From NCBI GenBank assembly GCA_028688325.1, contig JAQTYI010000002.1, forward strand, positions 161,284 through 225,283: 64,000 nt of DNA, written 5' to 3'. The notes under the pieces were generated by a model. The model had not been told where the DNA came from. It did no database searches and saw only the letters and a list, made by a program, of their open reading frames with translations. Position numbers and translations under genes: made by a program. Below, piece after piece: positions 46,809 to 56,386 of this stretch. Each line of letters opens with the position of its first letter. Positions within the stretch are counted from its first letter, which is position 1. Source of the DNA: Candidatus Portnoybacteria bacterium (GTDB taxonomy: Bacteria > Patescibacteriota > Minisyncoccia > Portnoybacterales > GWB1-42-6).

Positions 46809-48605
46809 TCACTTTTTCAGCACCTTCAAAAACACTTCCTGCGGAATATTGACGCTTCCGCGGTCGCGCATTTTCTTTTTCCCTTTCTTCTGCTTATCCA
46901 ATAATTTATTTTTTCGCGTCACATCTCCGCCGTAAAGTTTGGCCGTAACATCTTTGCGCCGGGCGGCTAAGTCCTCGCGCGCCACGATCTTTCCGCCAAC
47001 CGCCGCCTGCAAGGCCACCGCAAACATCTGCGGCGGCAATATCTCTTTTAGCTTCTCAACGATAGCTCGGCCTTCGCCTGCGGCCTTGTGGCGCGGAATT
47101 ATGCGCGCGAACGCCTCAATGGGATCTTGCGCCACCAGAATATCCAAGCGCACCAAGTCATCCTTGCGCCAGCCCAAAAGCTCATAACCCATAGAAGCAT
47201 AGCCAGAAGTGGCGCTTTTTAATTTGTCATAAAAATCTACGATGATCTCCCGCAGCGGCGCCTCATAGGAAATCACCACGCGCTGCGCGCCAAGATACTG
47301 CGTGTCCAGATAAGCGCCACCGGTCGATTGCAACAACTTCATAATAACCCCCAGATATTCGCTGGGCCCGATTACTTCCAATTTGACCCAGGGCTCGCGA
47401 ATTTCGTCGATGACGCTGGGGTCGGGCAGCTTTTGCGGAGAATAAATAACAAGCTCCTCCCTGTTCTTTTTTTTCACCCGATAGACCACGCTGGGCGTTG
47501 TCACGATCAGATCCAGATTATATTCCCGGCGCAGGCGTTCGGAAACTATTTCCAAATGCAGCATGCCCAAAAATCCGCACTTAAATCCCCGTCCCAAAGC
47601 ATCGGAACTTTCTGGCTCAAAGACCAGTGCCGCGTCGCTCAGTTTCAGCTTGGACAGCGCGTCGCGAAGCTGGTTGTAATCCTGCGCCTCCTGCTTTTCC
47701 AGCACCGCCGGGTAAAAACTGGCAAAGACCATCGGCTTTGGTTCTTTGTATCCGGGCAGCTGTTCAACATCGAAAGAGCCGGTAACGGTCATTGTATCGC
47801 CAACGCGGCATAGCGCCACCTCTTTGAGGCCTGTGGCTATATATCCTATTTCGCCGGCGCGCAATTCCTCTGCCGCCTTTAACGCTGGCGTGAAAATGCC
47901 GACTTCTATCGCCTCAACTTTCGCACCGCTGGCCATAAACATTATTTTATCTCCGCGTTTGATCCGGCCGTCGACTATCCGGACATATGCTAAAACACCC
48001 TTATAAGCGTCGTAATTGGAATCAAAAACCAAGGCGCGAAAAGGCCTATCCGCATCGATCTTGGGCGGCGCCACTTTTTTTATCACCGTCTGCAGCAATT
48101 CTTCAACACCAACGCCTTCCTTGCCGGAAATTTTGTAAATTTGTGCGTTTTGGCCCAGCAGTTCTTTTATCTCGTCTTCCACCATCTCAACCCGCGCTCC
48201 CGGCAAATCAATTTTATTTATCGCCGGCACAATGGTTAAGCCCTGCTGCTGCGCCAGATACAGGTTTGCCAGGGTTTGCGCCTGCACACCCTTGGTCGCA
48301 TCCACCAGCAAAATAGCGCCTTCAACCGCGGCCAGAGAACGGGAAACCTCGTAAGAAAAATCCACATGCCCGGGAGTATCTATGAGATTGAGCATATAAT
48401 CCCGCCCTTCAAAGCGATAACTCATTCGCACCGGTTGGAGCTTGATGGTGATGCCGCGTTCCCGCTCCAGTTCCATGGTATCCAAAAATTGCTCCTTCAT
48501 CTTCCTTTTTTCGATGGTGCCGGTCAATTCCAAAAAACGGTCCGCCAAAGTGGATTTGCCATGGTCAATATGAGCTACGATGCAGAAGTTCCTGATGTTA
48601 TTCAT
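46809..48605 (-). CDS. lepA: Translation elongation factor 4 (LepA)
   Basis: IRNFCIVAHIDHGKSTLADR, ERERGITIK, GFLG.LH, RKDVTAKLYGGD.TRK.KLL.KQK.GKK.M. Confidence 0.97.
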   Translation of the reverse strand: MNNIRNFCIVAHIDHGKSTLADRFLELTGTIEKRKMKEQFLDTMELERERGITIKLQPVRMSYRFEGRDYMLNLIDTPGHVDFSYEVSRSLAAVEGAILLVDATKGVQAQTLANLYLAQQQGLTIVPAINKIDLPGARVEMVEDEIKELLGQNAQIYKISGKEGVGVEELLQTVIKKVAPPKIDADRPFRALVFDSNYDAYKGVLAYVRIVDGRIKRGDKIMFMASGAKVEAIEVGIFTPALKAAEELRAGEIGYIATGLKEVALCRVGDTMTVTGSFDVEQLPGYKEPKPMVFASFYPAVLEKQEAQDYNQLRDALSKLKLSDAALVFEPESSDALGRGFKCGFLGMLHLEIVSERLRREYNLDLIVTTPSVVYRVKKKNREELVIYSPQKLPDPSVIDEIREPWVKLEVIGPSEYLGVIMKLLQSTGGAYLDTQYLGAQRVVISYEAPLREIIVDFYDKLKSATSGYASMGYELLGWRKDDLVRLDILVAQDPIEAFARIIPRHKAAGEGRAIVEKLKEILPPQMFAVALQAAVGGKIVAREDLAARRKDVTAKLYGGDVTRKNKLLDKQKKGKKKMRDRGSVNIPQEVFLKVLKK

Positions 48606-48612
48606 TTTATTT

Positions 48613-48706
48613 CTTTACCCTGAGCTTGTCGAAGGGCTGATATTTTCCATTTTATCTTTACCCCGAGCGATTTATCCCGATAAGAATTGAGGGAAGTCGA
48701 GGGGCA
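48613..48706. repeat. Two CCCTGAGC...GTCGAAGGG-family repeats
   Basis: TTTACCCTGAGCTTGTCGAAGGGC and TTTACCCCGAGCGATTTATCCCGA...GAGGGAAGTCGAGGGGC; both have counterparts inside murJ. Confidence 0.8.
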
Positions 48707-48767
48707 TAAACAAAAAATCGCCTTTTAGACGACTTTATTCTGGCACAGATCGGCTCTTTTTTCAACC

Positions 48768-49385
48768 TTAAATCAGGCCATCGAATTTATCATAAAAATC
48801 CCTGGCCGCTTGGACGATTTTTTCATCGCCCCGCATTTTCGCGACGAAAAGATTAACCTGGTCGATAAAATCAAAATCAAATCCGCCATCCACTAGAACC
48901 AGCGCGCGGGTCTTGTCGCTGGGCCTTTCAATAAAATATTTTTGCAAAAATCCGTGCCAGCGAACAATGTCTTTTTCGGGCAGGCCGAATTTCTTTTCTC
49001 CTTCCAAAACGCCGTCAAAAAATCCCGCCAATTCAGTCCAGCCACTGAACCGGTCATACAGCAATTCGTCCTGTAAAAATTTCAAAGAAACGCTCAAAAC
49101 ATGATGCGGCTCGATATAGAAAGGATGGTCTTTAAGCAAGCGATAAAAATTTCCCCACCTTTCATCCAGCAAAGAATGGAAATGCGCACCCGCGAAAAAA
49201 GAGTCCTCTTTGGCTATTTCTTCGATGCTCTTGCCGTCCTGATGGGTTTTCTCTCTGTCCAAGTTATCGTAATACCGGATATCGGGAAAACTTGTGCCGA
49301 CAAAAAATTCCTTCCGGTCTTTGCCGGAAAAATATTTGTCAAAAACTTTATTGGCCAAAACAATATGAGTGATGGGAGCGGCCAT
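48768..49385 (-). CDS. Hypothetical protein, zinc-dependent phospholipase C-like metal-binding fold
   Basis: N-terminal PITH, F.VGT.FPDI, G.HFH.LLD motifs. Confidence 0.6.
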   Translation of the reverse strand: MAAPITHIVLANKVFDKYFSGKDRKEFFVGTSFPDIRYYDNLDREKTHQDGKSIEEIAKEDSFFAGAHFHSLLDERWGNFYRLLKDHPFYIEPHHVLSVSLKFLQDELLYDRFSGWTELAGFFDGVLEGEKKFGLPEKDIVRWHGFLQKYFIERPSDKTRALVLVDGGFDFDFIDQVNLFVAKMRGDEKIVQAARDFYDKFDGLI

Positions 49386-49388
49386 AAT

Positions 49389-51128
49389 TTAATCCTGGAT
49401 TATTTCTTTATCGGACGCCACTTGCTTGAACGGCAAGCGATTCTTCATGGCTTGCCAGAAAATCTGCATCTCGGGCGAGCGCAACAAGAGTCCCGCCAGA
49501 AAATAAATTATCAAGCCGGCTATCCCGGCAATGAACCCCTGCGCCAACAGCCCCAAAAGGGTGCGGGTATCAACAAATTTATCCATGAACAACAAAACCC
49601 GCCAGGCAACGACTCCCGTCAAAATAGACGCCGACAATATTTTTACTCCGCTGGCAAAAATTTCACCAAACAGCAAGCTGCTTACGCCGCTTTTTCCCGA
49701 ATCAGCGGGAAAGGCCCGGCCGGTTTTTCGCTCCAAAGACAGCCACAACAATACCATATTCAAAATGCCACCGAGCGCATAACCCAACGCTAACCCCGCC
49801 ACGCCCAACGAGAAAGAAAAATACCACGCCAAACCGATGCGCACGAAAGAGCTTAAAAATCCCAGCCAGAAAGGCGTCTTGGTGTCTTCCAGCGCAAAAA
49901 ATCCCCGCACCAGCAGCAAATTCAGCGCTTCGGCAAAAAGCCCGACGACTAAAAACTCCAGAGTGTTGATGGCCGAAATCGTGTTGGCCCAACTGAATCG
50001 GCCCGTACCTAAAATAACGCGGACAATTTGCGCGCGCAAAACGATGAATAACGCGCTGGCCGGAATTATCAAAAAAAGTATCTGCCGAAAAGTGCTGGAA
50101 AGTGTTTTGGCAAAAGCATTCTTATCCCCCGCCTTGGCGTCTCCGGCTAGCGCCGGAAAAGCCGCCATAGCGAGCGATCCAGCCAAGATTCCCAGGGGAA
50201 AGCTGTAAATATTGTAAGACAGGTCGAATATCGCCAAACTTCCGGCCGCCAGAGTTGAAGCCAAAATCGTTATCGCCAAAAAATTTATCTGCGCCACCGC
50301 CAAAGTCAAAATGCGCGGCACGGTCAATTTAGCCATACGCCTGGCCGCGCTGTCGGCCCAGTTGAATATCGGCCGGTATTTATAGCCCAAAGACAAAATT
50401 GACGGGATTTGAATCGCCATGTGCAAAAACGCTCCCAAAACAACGCCCCAAGCCAGGCCGTAGATGCCAAAACGCGGCACCAAAAATAGAATGCCGAAAA
50501 TTATGCCCAGATTATAAAATATGGGCGTCAAAGAAAATATCAGAAATTTTTTCACGCCCTGCAAGATTCCACCCCAAATGGAACTGGCGCCCAGCAATAT
50601 GGGGCTTAAAAACATTACTCGCGTCAGCGCAACCGTCAAATTCATTTTATCCGTGCCAAATCCCGGCGTGATAAGTTTTACAAAAAACGGCGCGAAGATA
50701 AAAAACACGGCGGCCACGACCATGAGGCCCAGGCCCAGAATATTCAAAACATTATTCACAAAATCCCAAACTTCCCGGCGGTTTTTAGACCCCTCGACTT
50801 CCCTCGCCTCAGCTCGGGATAAATCGCTCGGGGAATAATTATTATTGCCTAAGCTTGTCGAAGGCCTGTTCCACAACCCGATGAACACCGGAATAAACCC
50901 CGCCGAAAGCGCGCCCAGAACCAGCAAGTTATAAACCGTGTCGGGAATGCGGAAAGCCGCGTAATAAACATCCAGGGTATCGCCGGCGCCAAATTGCCCG
51001 GCCAGGAGCCGATCGCGCAACAAACCCAAAAAACGGCTGGCCAGAGAAGCCAGCGCCAAAACCAAAGCCGCGCTCGTTATGCTGCGCGATTGGCCGTTGA
51101 AAATTTTATCGGTCAAGAATTTAAACAT
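49389..51128 (-). CDS. murJ: Lipid II flippase MurJ (MviN)
   Basis: SR.LGL.RD..LA..FGAG...D.Y.AAFRIPD, GALSA.FIPVF, FFAL.DTKTP. Confidence 0.95.
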   Translation of the reverse strand: MFKFLTDKIFNGQSRSITSAALVLALASLASRFLGLLRDRLLAGQFGAGDTLDVYYAAFRIPDTVYNLLVLGALSAGFIPVFIGLWNRPSTSLGNNNYSPSDLSRAEAREVEGSKNRREVWDFVNNVLNILGLGLMVVAAVFFIFAPFFVKLITPGFGTDKMNLTVALTRVMFLSPILLGASSIWGGILQGVKKFLIFSLTPIFYNLGIIFGILFLVPRFGIYGLAWGVVLGAFLHMAIQIPSILSLGYKYRPIFNWADSAARRMAKLTVPRILTLAVAQINFLAITILASTLAAGSLAIFDLSYNIYSFPLGILAGSLAMAAFPALAGDAKAGDKNAFAKTLSSTFRQILFLIIPASALFIVLRAQIVRVILGTGRFSWANTISAINTLEFLVVGLFAEALNLLLVRGFFALEDTKTPFWLGFLSSFVRIGLAWYFSFSLGVAGLALGYALGGILNMVLLWLSLERKTGRAFPADSGKSGVSSLLFGEIFASGVKILSASILTGVVAWRVLLFMDKFVDTRTLLGLLAQGFIAGIAGLIIYFLAGLLLRSPEMQIFWQAMKNRLPFKQVASDKEIIQD

Positions 51129-51148
51129 CCTAATATTTTAACTCAACT

Positions 51149-51211
51149 TGTCATCCTGAACGAAGTGAGGGATCTTTTATTTTTAGATTCTTCGCTTCGC
51201 TCAGAATGACA
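51149..51211. repeat. TGTCAT-family full element
   Basis: TGTCATCCTGAACGAAGTGAGGGATCT...AGATTCTTCGCTTCGCTCAGAATGACA. Confidence 0.85.
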
Positions 51212-51279
51212 AACTATGTTCACTTACTCACACCTCAACCCTCTCATTTTATCACCAAATCCGCAAAAGATAAAAAAAC

Positions 51280-51302
51280 GGGGCTTCGCATCGCGAAGCC
51301 CC
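51280..51302 (-). terminator. Perfect 10-bp GC hairpin: terminator and/or DGR target-recognition hairpin
   Basis: GGGGCTTCGC-GAT-GCGAAGCCCC, 35 nt after the stop of 51338-52057, followed by G and T7. Confidence 0.7.
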
Positions 51303-51337
51303 AAAAGGGTACAAGAAAAAAGATACAAGAGTAAAAC

Positions 51338-52057
51338 TCAGGAAACCGCCTGGCGAGAACGCAAATTGTCGCTCGCATCGCCGGGACCGTTCCAACCGAC
51401 CCCGAACCCGGCGCCGCCCCAGTCGGCGCTCGGCACATGGCCATCGCCATAGCGCGAACCCGTGCACAGCGTCCAGTTGATGATATCCAGATGCTTGCCG
51501 GTTTCCTTGAAGAACTTGGGCTCATAGACAAGCCGCTCTTCCAGGGTGATGCCGGGGATGTTTTTTTGCTTAAGGTCGTTGGCGGAGAGATTTTTCAGCT
51601 CCTCGTCGGCTTCAACACGGTCGCGAACCCAAACGGCATAGGCGCCGTTTTTGGCCGAGCGGTCGGAGGTGACGATTTTATCCAGATCTTCGTCTGTATA
51701 TTTCCAACTCGGAAACAGCTGCGCGCACTTGTCGTAGAGACGCTGAGCGGTCATACCTGGGATCAGGATGAGCAGGCGGTCAAAGCCGGCTCGCTTGGCC
51801 GGAATGACCAAATCGGTGAAATCCGCCTCTATGCCGAAGACATCGCGGTAGAATGCTTGCCAGTCGGCGAGCAGGTCGAGGTACGGATTTGCGGCCGAAA
51901 ATATTTTCCGCACTTGCGCCGTTAGTTTTCCTTTGTTGCCGACCCAGCTTTCAGCCGTTTCAAAAGTCATGCCAGTTGGCACCCCCTGCACCAGAGCCGA
52001 AATGATATCCTTCATCTGGCCCGGTGTCATCGTTCGGACAGTCCGATTATTTTTCAT
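51338..52057 (-). CDS. Putative DGR target protein (C-type lectin-fold variable C-terminus)
   Basis: GITLEERL..., TLC.GSRYGDGHVPSADWGGAGFGVGWNGPGDASDNLRSRQAVS terminus; strong SD AAGGGAGG. Confidence 0.75.
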   Translation of the reverse strand: MKNNRTVRTMTPGQMKDIISALVQGVPTGMTFETAESWVGNKGKLTAQVRKIFSAANPYLDLLADWQAFYRDVFGIEADFTDLVIPAKRAGFDRLLILIPGMTAQRLYDKCAQLFPSWKYTDEDLDKIVTSDRSAKNGAYAVWVRDRVEADEELKNLSANDLKQKNIPGITLEERLVYEPKFFKETGKHLDIINWTLCTGSRYGDGHVPSADWGGAGFGVGWNGPGDASDNLRSRQAVS

Positions 52058-52286
52058 CAGCAGTTCCTCCCTTTCTTGTTGTTAAGGAGCCATCTTTGGC
52101 TCTATTTGGCGCGTTATTGCGCCTTAAAAGCTGTATTATTAGTATACCACCACTCTCTTTATCTGTCAATAGTCAGCGGCAATGTCCACACACCGACATA
52201 AACCCAATAAACAAACAGGAATGTTAGTGGTATATAAGCGATAGCATAAATACCCACAACATTTGTATCATTCAAAATACCCGTGA

Positions 52287-52850
52287 TTAACTGTTCTGCT
52301 TTATAAGATTGGTAAAATGCTTTTTCAAATGCAATTCATTGTCTATTTTTTCTATGATCCCGTATCTGACATAGGGCTTGATCTGAAAAAATTCCACCAA
52401 AAAATATATTTCGTCGATACAGTCAAACGGATGAATAAAAATACTTTTTTGAAATTCAAAAAATCCCAATTTTTTCAATTTGCTTCTCAAAGCATCCCTG
52501 GCCGGCTTTTGCCTCTCAGGGATATCAAAAAGGACTATTCGCCATTTTCCATCCCAACGCATAAATTTTATGCGCATTTTTTCCATATCATACCGTAAAA
52601 CTTTTTGCTTGCCCTTTTCCGTTAAAATCAAAGAGAATGTTCCGTCATTATTATTTTTTATGCTAACCAGCTTAGAATGATAAAGTTCTCTTATTTCTTC
52701 TTTGATTTTCTGATCATCGATATCCCTCCAGCCGCCTTTTAATTTTCCCAAAATTTTAAAATATCTTCCGGGACAACGATTCAATGCTAAAGCCGCTCCA
52801 GCCGTCAATAACAATAATATCTTTTTTTTATTTTGCGTTAAATTGCTCAT
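52287..52850 (-). CDS. PaaX-like transcriptional regulator (wHTH plus Cas2-like central domain)
   Basis: LTEKG, WDGKWRIV.FDIPE.....RD.LR.KLK.LGF..FQKS.F.HP. Confidence 0.85.
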   Translation of the reverse strand: MSNLTQNKKKILLLLTAGAALALNRCPGRYFKILGKLKGGWRDIDDQKIKEEIRELYHSKLVSIKNNNDGTFSLILTEKGKQKVLRYDMEKMRIKFMRWDGKWRIVLFDIPERQKPARDALRSKLKKLGFFEFQKSIFIHPFDCIDEIYFLVEFFQIKPYVRYGIIEKIDNELHLKKHFTNLIKQNS

Positions 52851-52935
52851 AAAAACATTGGATCAAATGTCGCGGGTATTTGAGCGATAGCATAAATACC
52901 CAAATAATTATTAAAAAATTAAAATGAGTTGTTTA

Positions 52936-55698
52936 TTACTTTCCGAACGCCACGCCGTAGAATTTATCGGTCTTCAACTCCCCGCTAAATTTTATCTGCC
53001 GGCCGGAAATCTGCAAATCAGCCGGATATTGCCAATTGATTTTATAATCGGCCGGCAGATTCAGGATGCTTTCCAGACCGCTTGCTATGCTGCCGGACTG
53101 CTTTTGCGCCAGCAAGCTGTAAGTAAAATTCTGTTCCGCCAAGCTGAGTTTGAATGGCAGCAAATATTGATACGATATTTCCACGCTTTCGCCCGGGCTC
53201 ACATATGCCCAGTTGCCAAAAACGGTTTTGCCAGATTCTTCAAAAATTTGCGTGCCGGAATTTTGGTCAGTTTGCATATTGCCTTCCTCTTTGGCCACAT
53301 CCGGGTCGACGGCGAATTTTTGCGCGGCATAATCAATGGGTGCGCTATTTATTTCCAAGGTCTGACCCTGCGCTGAAATAAGCTTTGAGCCCAGCGGAAC
53401 ATAAACCCGCAAATAATCCGCGTTCACCTTGTTATACCAGTCATACTGGCTTTTGCCGCCGTTGTGCGCACGGACGATTTTTACGGTATCGATTATCGAG
53501 CCGTCCGTCTGAATATCCGCAGTATGATAAATTTTCTGGTCGATAACTCTGTCGGTCTTAAAGCCGTTGATATTGGTGTTGATGACGCTCAAATAATCTT
53601 TCTCGGTGGATAATATCTCTCCGGCCCAACCCTGGTCAACAAAAGTTTTTTCCAAAGAAGGATCGGTAAAATAAAACATCGTATGCTTTTGTGCCAGCGA
53701 ATCAACAAGCACTTGCATTATCTCCTGCCCTTTTTGCGGCCAGATTTGCCATAATTTTTCCAGAAACAGCGGCGCAAAATCCGCCAGGATCTTTTTGGGC
53801 TGATTTTGCTGCTTGTCATAATCGACTTCCACCTTGTATTGCGTCAGGTCCAAAAAGTTATTCTGATCCAGGATAATATTGTATTGCGGTAAATTTATAG
53901 GCCCTGTCAGCGCTAAGAGCCGTTCCACCACCGTCGGCGTCAAAGAAATCACGCCATCAACGGTCTGGCCGCCCGCTTTTTCATAAAAACCCATTATTTT
54001 CCTGGTCGAGGTCGGGAAATCCGCGAACCAGTTGGCGTCATGAGTCGACCAAGCCGTGGAAATTTTCTGGATGGGACCGGGCGGCACGACTTTATCATAA
54101 AGCTGGCCATCCAAATTGAATATCCCGTCGATGAACAGGTTCTTCATCCGGCCTTCATCCAAATCCACCACGCCATATGTGCCGATAAATCCCCCCGTGG
54201 GCCGGGCCTCGGAATTGTTCTGAAAGACCAGTAAATATTTTTTGGCGTGTTCATGGCCCAGCACCTCCAAAAATACATTACTCCAATTTTTCAGCTGGCC
54301 AGCAACCTCAAGCAAGGGATGCATTTTTTCTTTGAGCGACGCGATCTGCGGCGCCACATCGGCTGGCAAATCATTAATGTTGACCTTGGCCAAGCTGCTT
54401 CCGGCCGCAGCCAGGGCAATTTGCGCTTTTTCAATCTCACTTTGAGCTTCCGCTATCTTTTGCGTGAGCGAGGGACCGCTCGCGGAAAAATAATCTCCCA
54501 GATTTTGCACCAAAAATATATCGGCTATCTTGGCGAAGCTCCGACCGGCTTTGGCGAAATTTTCCCCTGTATCAACCAGCGCCGCGCCCGACCCGACAAC
54601 CGAACCGCCGGGCAGCTTTTCCAGAACATAAATTATCCCTCGCCCCATTTTATTCAGCTCTTGGTCTGCCGCCAAAAAATTCTGATAGGCGGTTTCAAAA
54701 TCAACGCCGGCAGCGGAGAAATTCAAACTGGAAGCGGAGTCCTTGGCCGCCAGCATGGATTTATAGGCCTGCAAAGCCGAACTCAGGATATTTTCCTTGG
54801 CCAAAAGCCCGCGGCCCGCCAACGACATGCCAAATATTACCAAATATATTATGAATCCCGCGCTCAAAAATCCGGCGCCGCGCCGCGCCGCGCCCCCGGC
54901 CCATTCTTGCGGCTCTTTTCTTTTACCGCTCCAAAATTTCCGGCTGCCGGAAATTAACGGCGCGATCTTTGCTTTATTTTGTTTTTGCCGCCACCTGGCC
55001 AGAAAATCAGATTGTTCAATTCCGTTATCGCTTAAAATAAATTCCGCGCCATCTTCAACCATGATCTCTTCTTTTCCTCCCTTTAAATTAAAAGGGGGCG
55101 GGACGGGATTATCTGCAATTTCGATATTTGATCCCGCTATCGCCATATCCGGTTCGGCCAACAATTCTTCCAGAATATCCGGCTCTTGTTTCGCCCACAG
55201 ATATTGCTCAATGTCGGCGATTTCCGGCAAATCGGCCACCGGCTCAAAAATATTTTCCGGCGCTTTAATATTTTCGACGCCGGCGCGCCAGATGTGATTT
55301 TTCAATAAATTATTTATGGCCTCTATTTCTTCCATTTTCGCCACGATGTCGGCGCGCTCGGGATGAGAAATTTCCAGCGGCTCAAAAATCGCGGTTTTTC
55401 CTTGTCGAAAACGCTTGAAAAGCTCCATTGTCCCGGTCGGATGCTCAACGACGCTTTTTATTTCCAAAGCAGATTTCTTTTTCCGCCCGCGTTTTTGCCT
55501 GATTATTTCTTTTTTAACCGCCAAAAAAACACCCGGCCTGGCCATTCTTAAGTCAACCACGCGACCAACGGAATTGCCTCCCACGATCATTTTCAGCGGC
55601 GCAAAACCGGCCAAGTCCTGTTCGGCTTTTTCCATACCAAAATCGCCATGATTGTTTATTCTTTTATGCCTCATGGAAATATCATATTGCGGTTTCAT
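52936..55698 (-). CDS. DUF4012 domain membrane-anchored protein
   Basis: YLL.FQN..EARPTGGFIG.YG, DANW..DFP.S, DGVI..TP, DY.RVYVP.GS, QKQSG. Confidence 0.85.
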   Translation of the reverse strand: MKPQYDISMRHKRINNHGDFGMEKAEQDLAGFAPLKMIVGGNSVGRVVDLRMARPGVFLAVKKEIIRQKRGRKKKSALEIKSVVEHPTGTMELFKRFRQGKTAIFEPLEISHPERADIVAKMEEIEAINNLLKNHIWRAGVENIKAPENIFEPVADLPEIADIEQYLWAKQEPDILEELLAEPDMAIAGSNIEIADNPVPPPFNLKGGKEEIMVEDGAEFILSDNGIEQSDFLARWRQKQNKAKIAPLISGSRKFWSGKRKEPQEWAGGAARRGAGFLSAGFIIYLVIFGMSLAGRGLLAKENILSSALQAYKSMLAAKDSASSLNFSAAGVDFETAYQNFLAADQELNKMGRGIIYVLEKLPGGSVVGSGAALVDTGENFAKAGRSFAKIADIFLVQNLGDYFSASGPSLTQKIAEAQSEIEKAQIALAAAGSSLAKVNINDLPADVAPQIASLKEKMHPLLEVAGQLKNWSNVFLEVLGHEHAKKYLLVFQNNSEARPTGGFIGTYGVVDLDEGRMKNLFIDGIFNLDGQLYDKVVPPGPIQKISTAWSTHDANWFADFPTSTRKIMGFYEKAGGQTVDGVISLTPTVVERLLALTGPINLPQYNIILDQNNFLDLTQYKVEVDYDKQQNQPKKILADFAPLFLEKLWQIWPQKGQEIMQVLVDSLAQKHTMFYFTDPSLEKTFVDQGWAGEILSTEKDYLSVINTNINGFKTDRVIDQKIYHTADIQTDGSIIDTVKIVRAHNGGKSQYDWYNKVNADYLRVYVPLGSKLISAQGQTLEINSAPIDYAAQKFAVDPDVAKEEGNMQTDQNSGTQIFEESGKTVFGNWAYVSPGESVEISYQYLLPFKLSLAEQNFTYSLLAQKQSGSIASGLESILNLPADYKINWQYPADLQISGRQIKFSGELKTDKFYGVAFGK

Positions 55699-55741
55699 TA
55701 TACCACGCCGGCAATGTCTCTCAATCCACAAACAGCGCAAT

Positions 55742-55778
55742 AAAAAAGACGGGCGGAGAATTTAAATTCCCGTCCGTC
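55742..55778 (-). terminator. Intrinsic terminator
   Basis: GACGGACGG...CCGCCCGTC stem followed by T6 on the minus strand. Confidence 0.6.
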
Positions 55779-55795
55779 GCGTAAAGAACCGCTTG

Positions 55796-55951
55796 TCAAT
55801 ATGCCTTATCATTTTGCTTCTTATTCCGCCGCCTATTCAGCAAGAGAATAAGAATGGAGGCCAAAATGGCCGCCAAGATCATCGAAAGCGCCACGAACCA
55901 AACCGTGAAATCACCGATTGAAATGTAGGTGTGAAATTCATTGCCTGACAT
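55796..55951 (-). CDS. Small single-TM protein (51 aa), not in the ORF track
   Basis: SD GGGAGGTG; MSGNEFHTYISIGDFTVWFVALSMILAAILASILILLLNRRRNKKQNDKAY. Confidence 0.6.
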   Translation of the reverse strand: MSGNEFHTYISIGDFTVWFVALSMILAAILASILILLLNRRRNKKQNDKAY

Positions 55952-55965
55952 TTTTCACCTCCCGC

Positions 55966-56334
55966 TTACGCCCATTGCAAGTGCGCCGGCCTTCCAATGG
56001 ATCTTATGAAGCTCAACGACCCGTTTTTCCGGCGCGCGTTGAATCGGATCTCGCCGTCGCTGCTCAATGATTCCTTGATCTCCTCGAATGTTTTCAGTTC
56101 GCGCTTTCCATCCTTATCTGAAACCCTTCCTGCCGCCAAGATCTTTCTCTCCCAGCCCCGGCGCAAATTATGTACGAACACGACTACCAGCTCCTCCGCC
56201 AATTCTTTGCCTATCCGGCGAAGCTCCTTTTGTTCTTTTGGGCTGAACATTTTCTTTGCGTCTTCGGCAGCATTCGGGCTGACATGGACCCGATAAACGC
56301 CCTTATCGCGATTGCTCCAAATCTTGATAATCAT
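55966..56334 (-). CDS. Hypothetical basic protein
   Basis: ATG with strong SD AGGAGG; no family recognised. Confidence 0.6.
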   Translation of the reverse strand: MIIKIWSNRDKGVYRVHVSPNAAEDAKKMFSPKEQKELRRIGKELAEELVVVFVHNLRRGWERKILAAGRVSDKDGKRELKTFEEIKESLSSDGEIRFNARRKNGSLSFIRSIGRPAHLQWA

Positions 56335-56386
56335 CGCTTCCTTCCTCCTATTTCAAGAACTTCTTGTCCGATTTTTGATGATACCG

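Noticed and set aside
51244-51925. Overlapping ORFs or a template repeat near the DGR-like gene
   Set aside because: They are shadow frames; I found no second, adenine-rich copy of the VR in the window by eye.
52287-52850. CRISPR-Cas locus suggested by the Cas2-like domain
   Set aside because: No repeat-spacer array or other cas genes; the protein fits the PaaX-like family.
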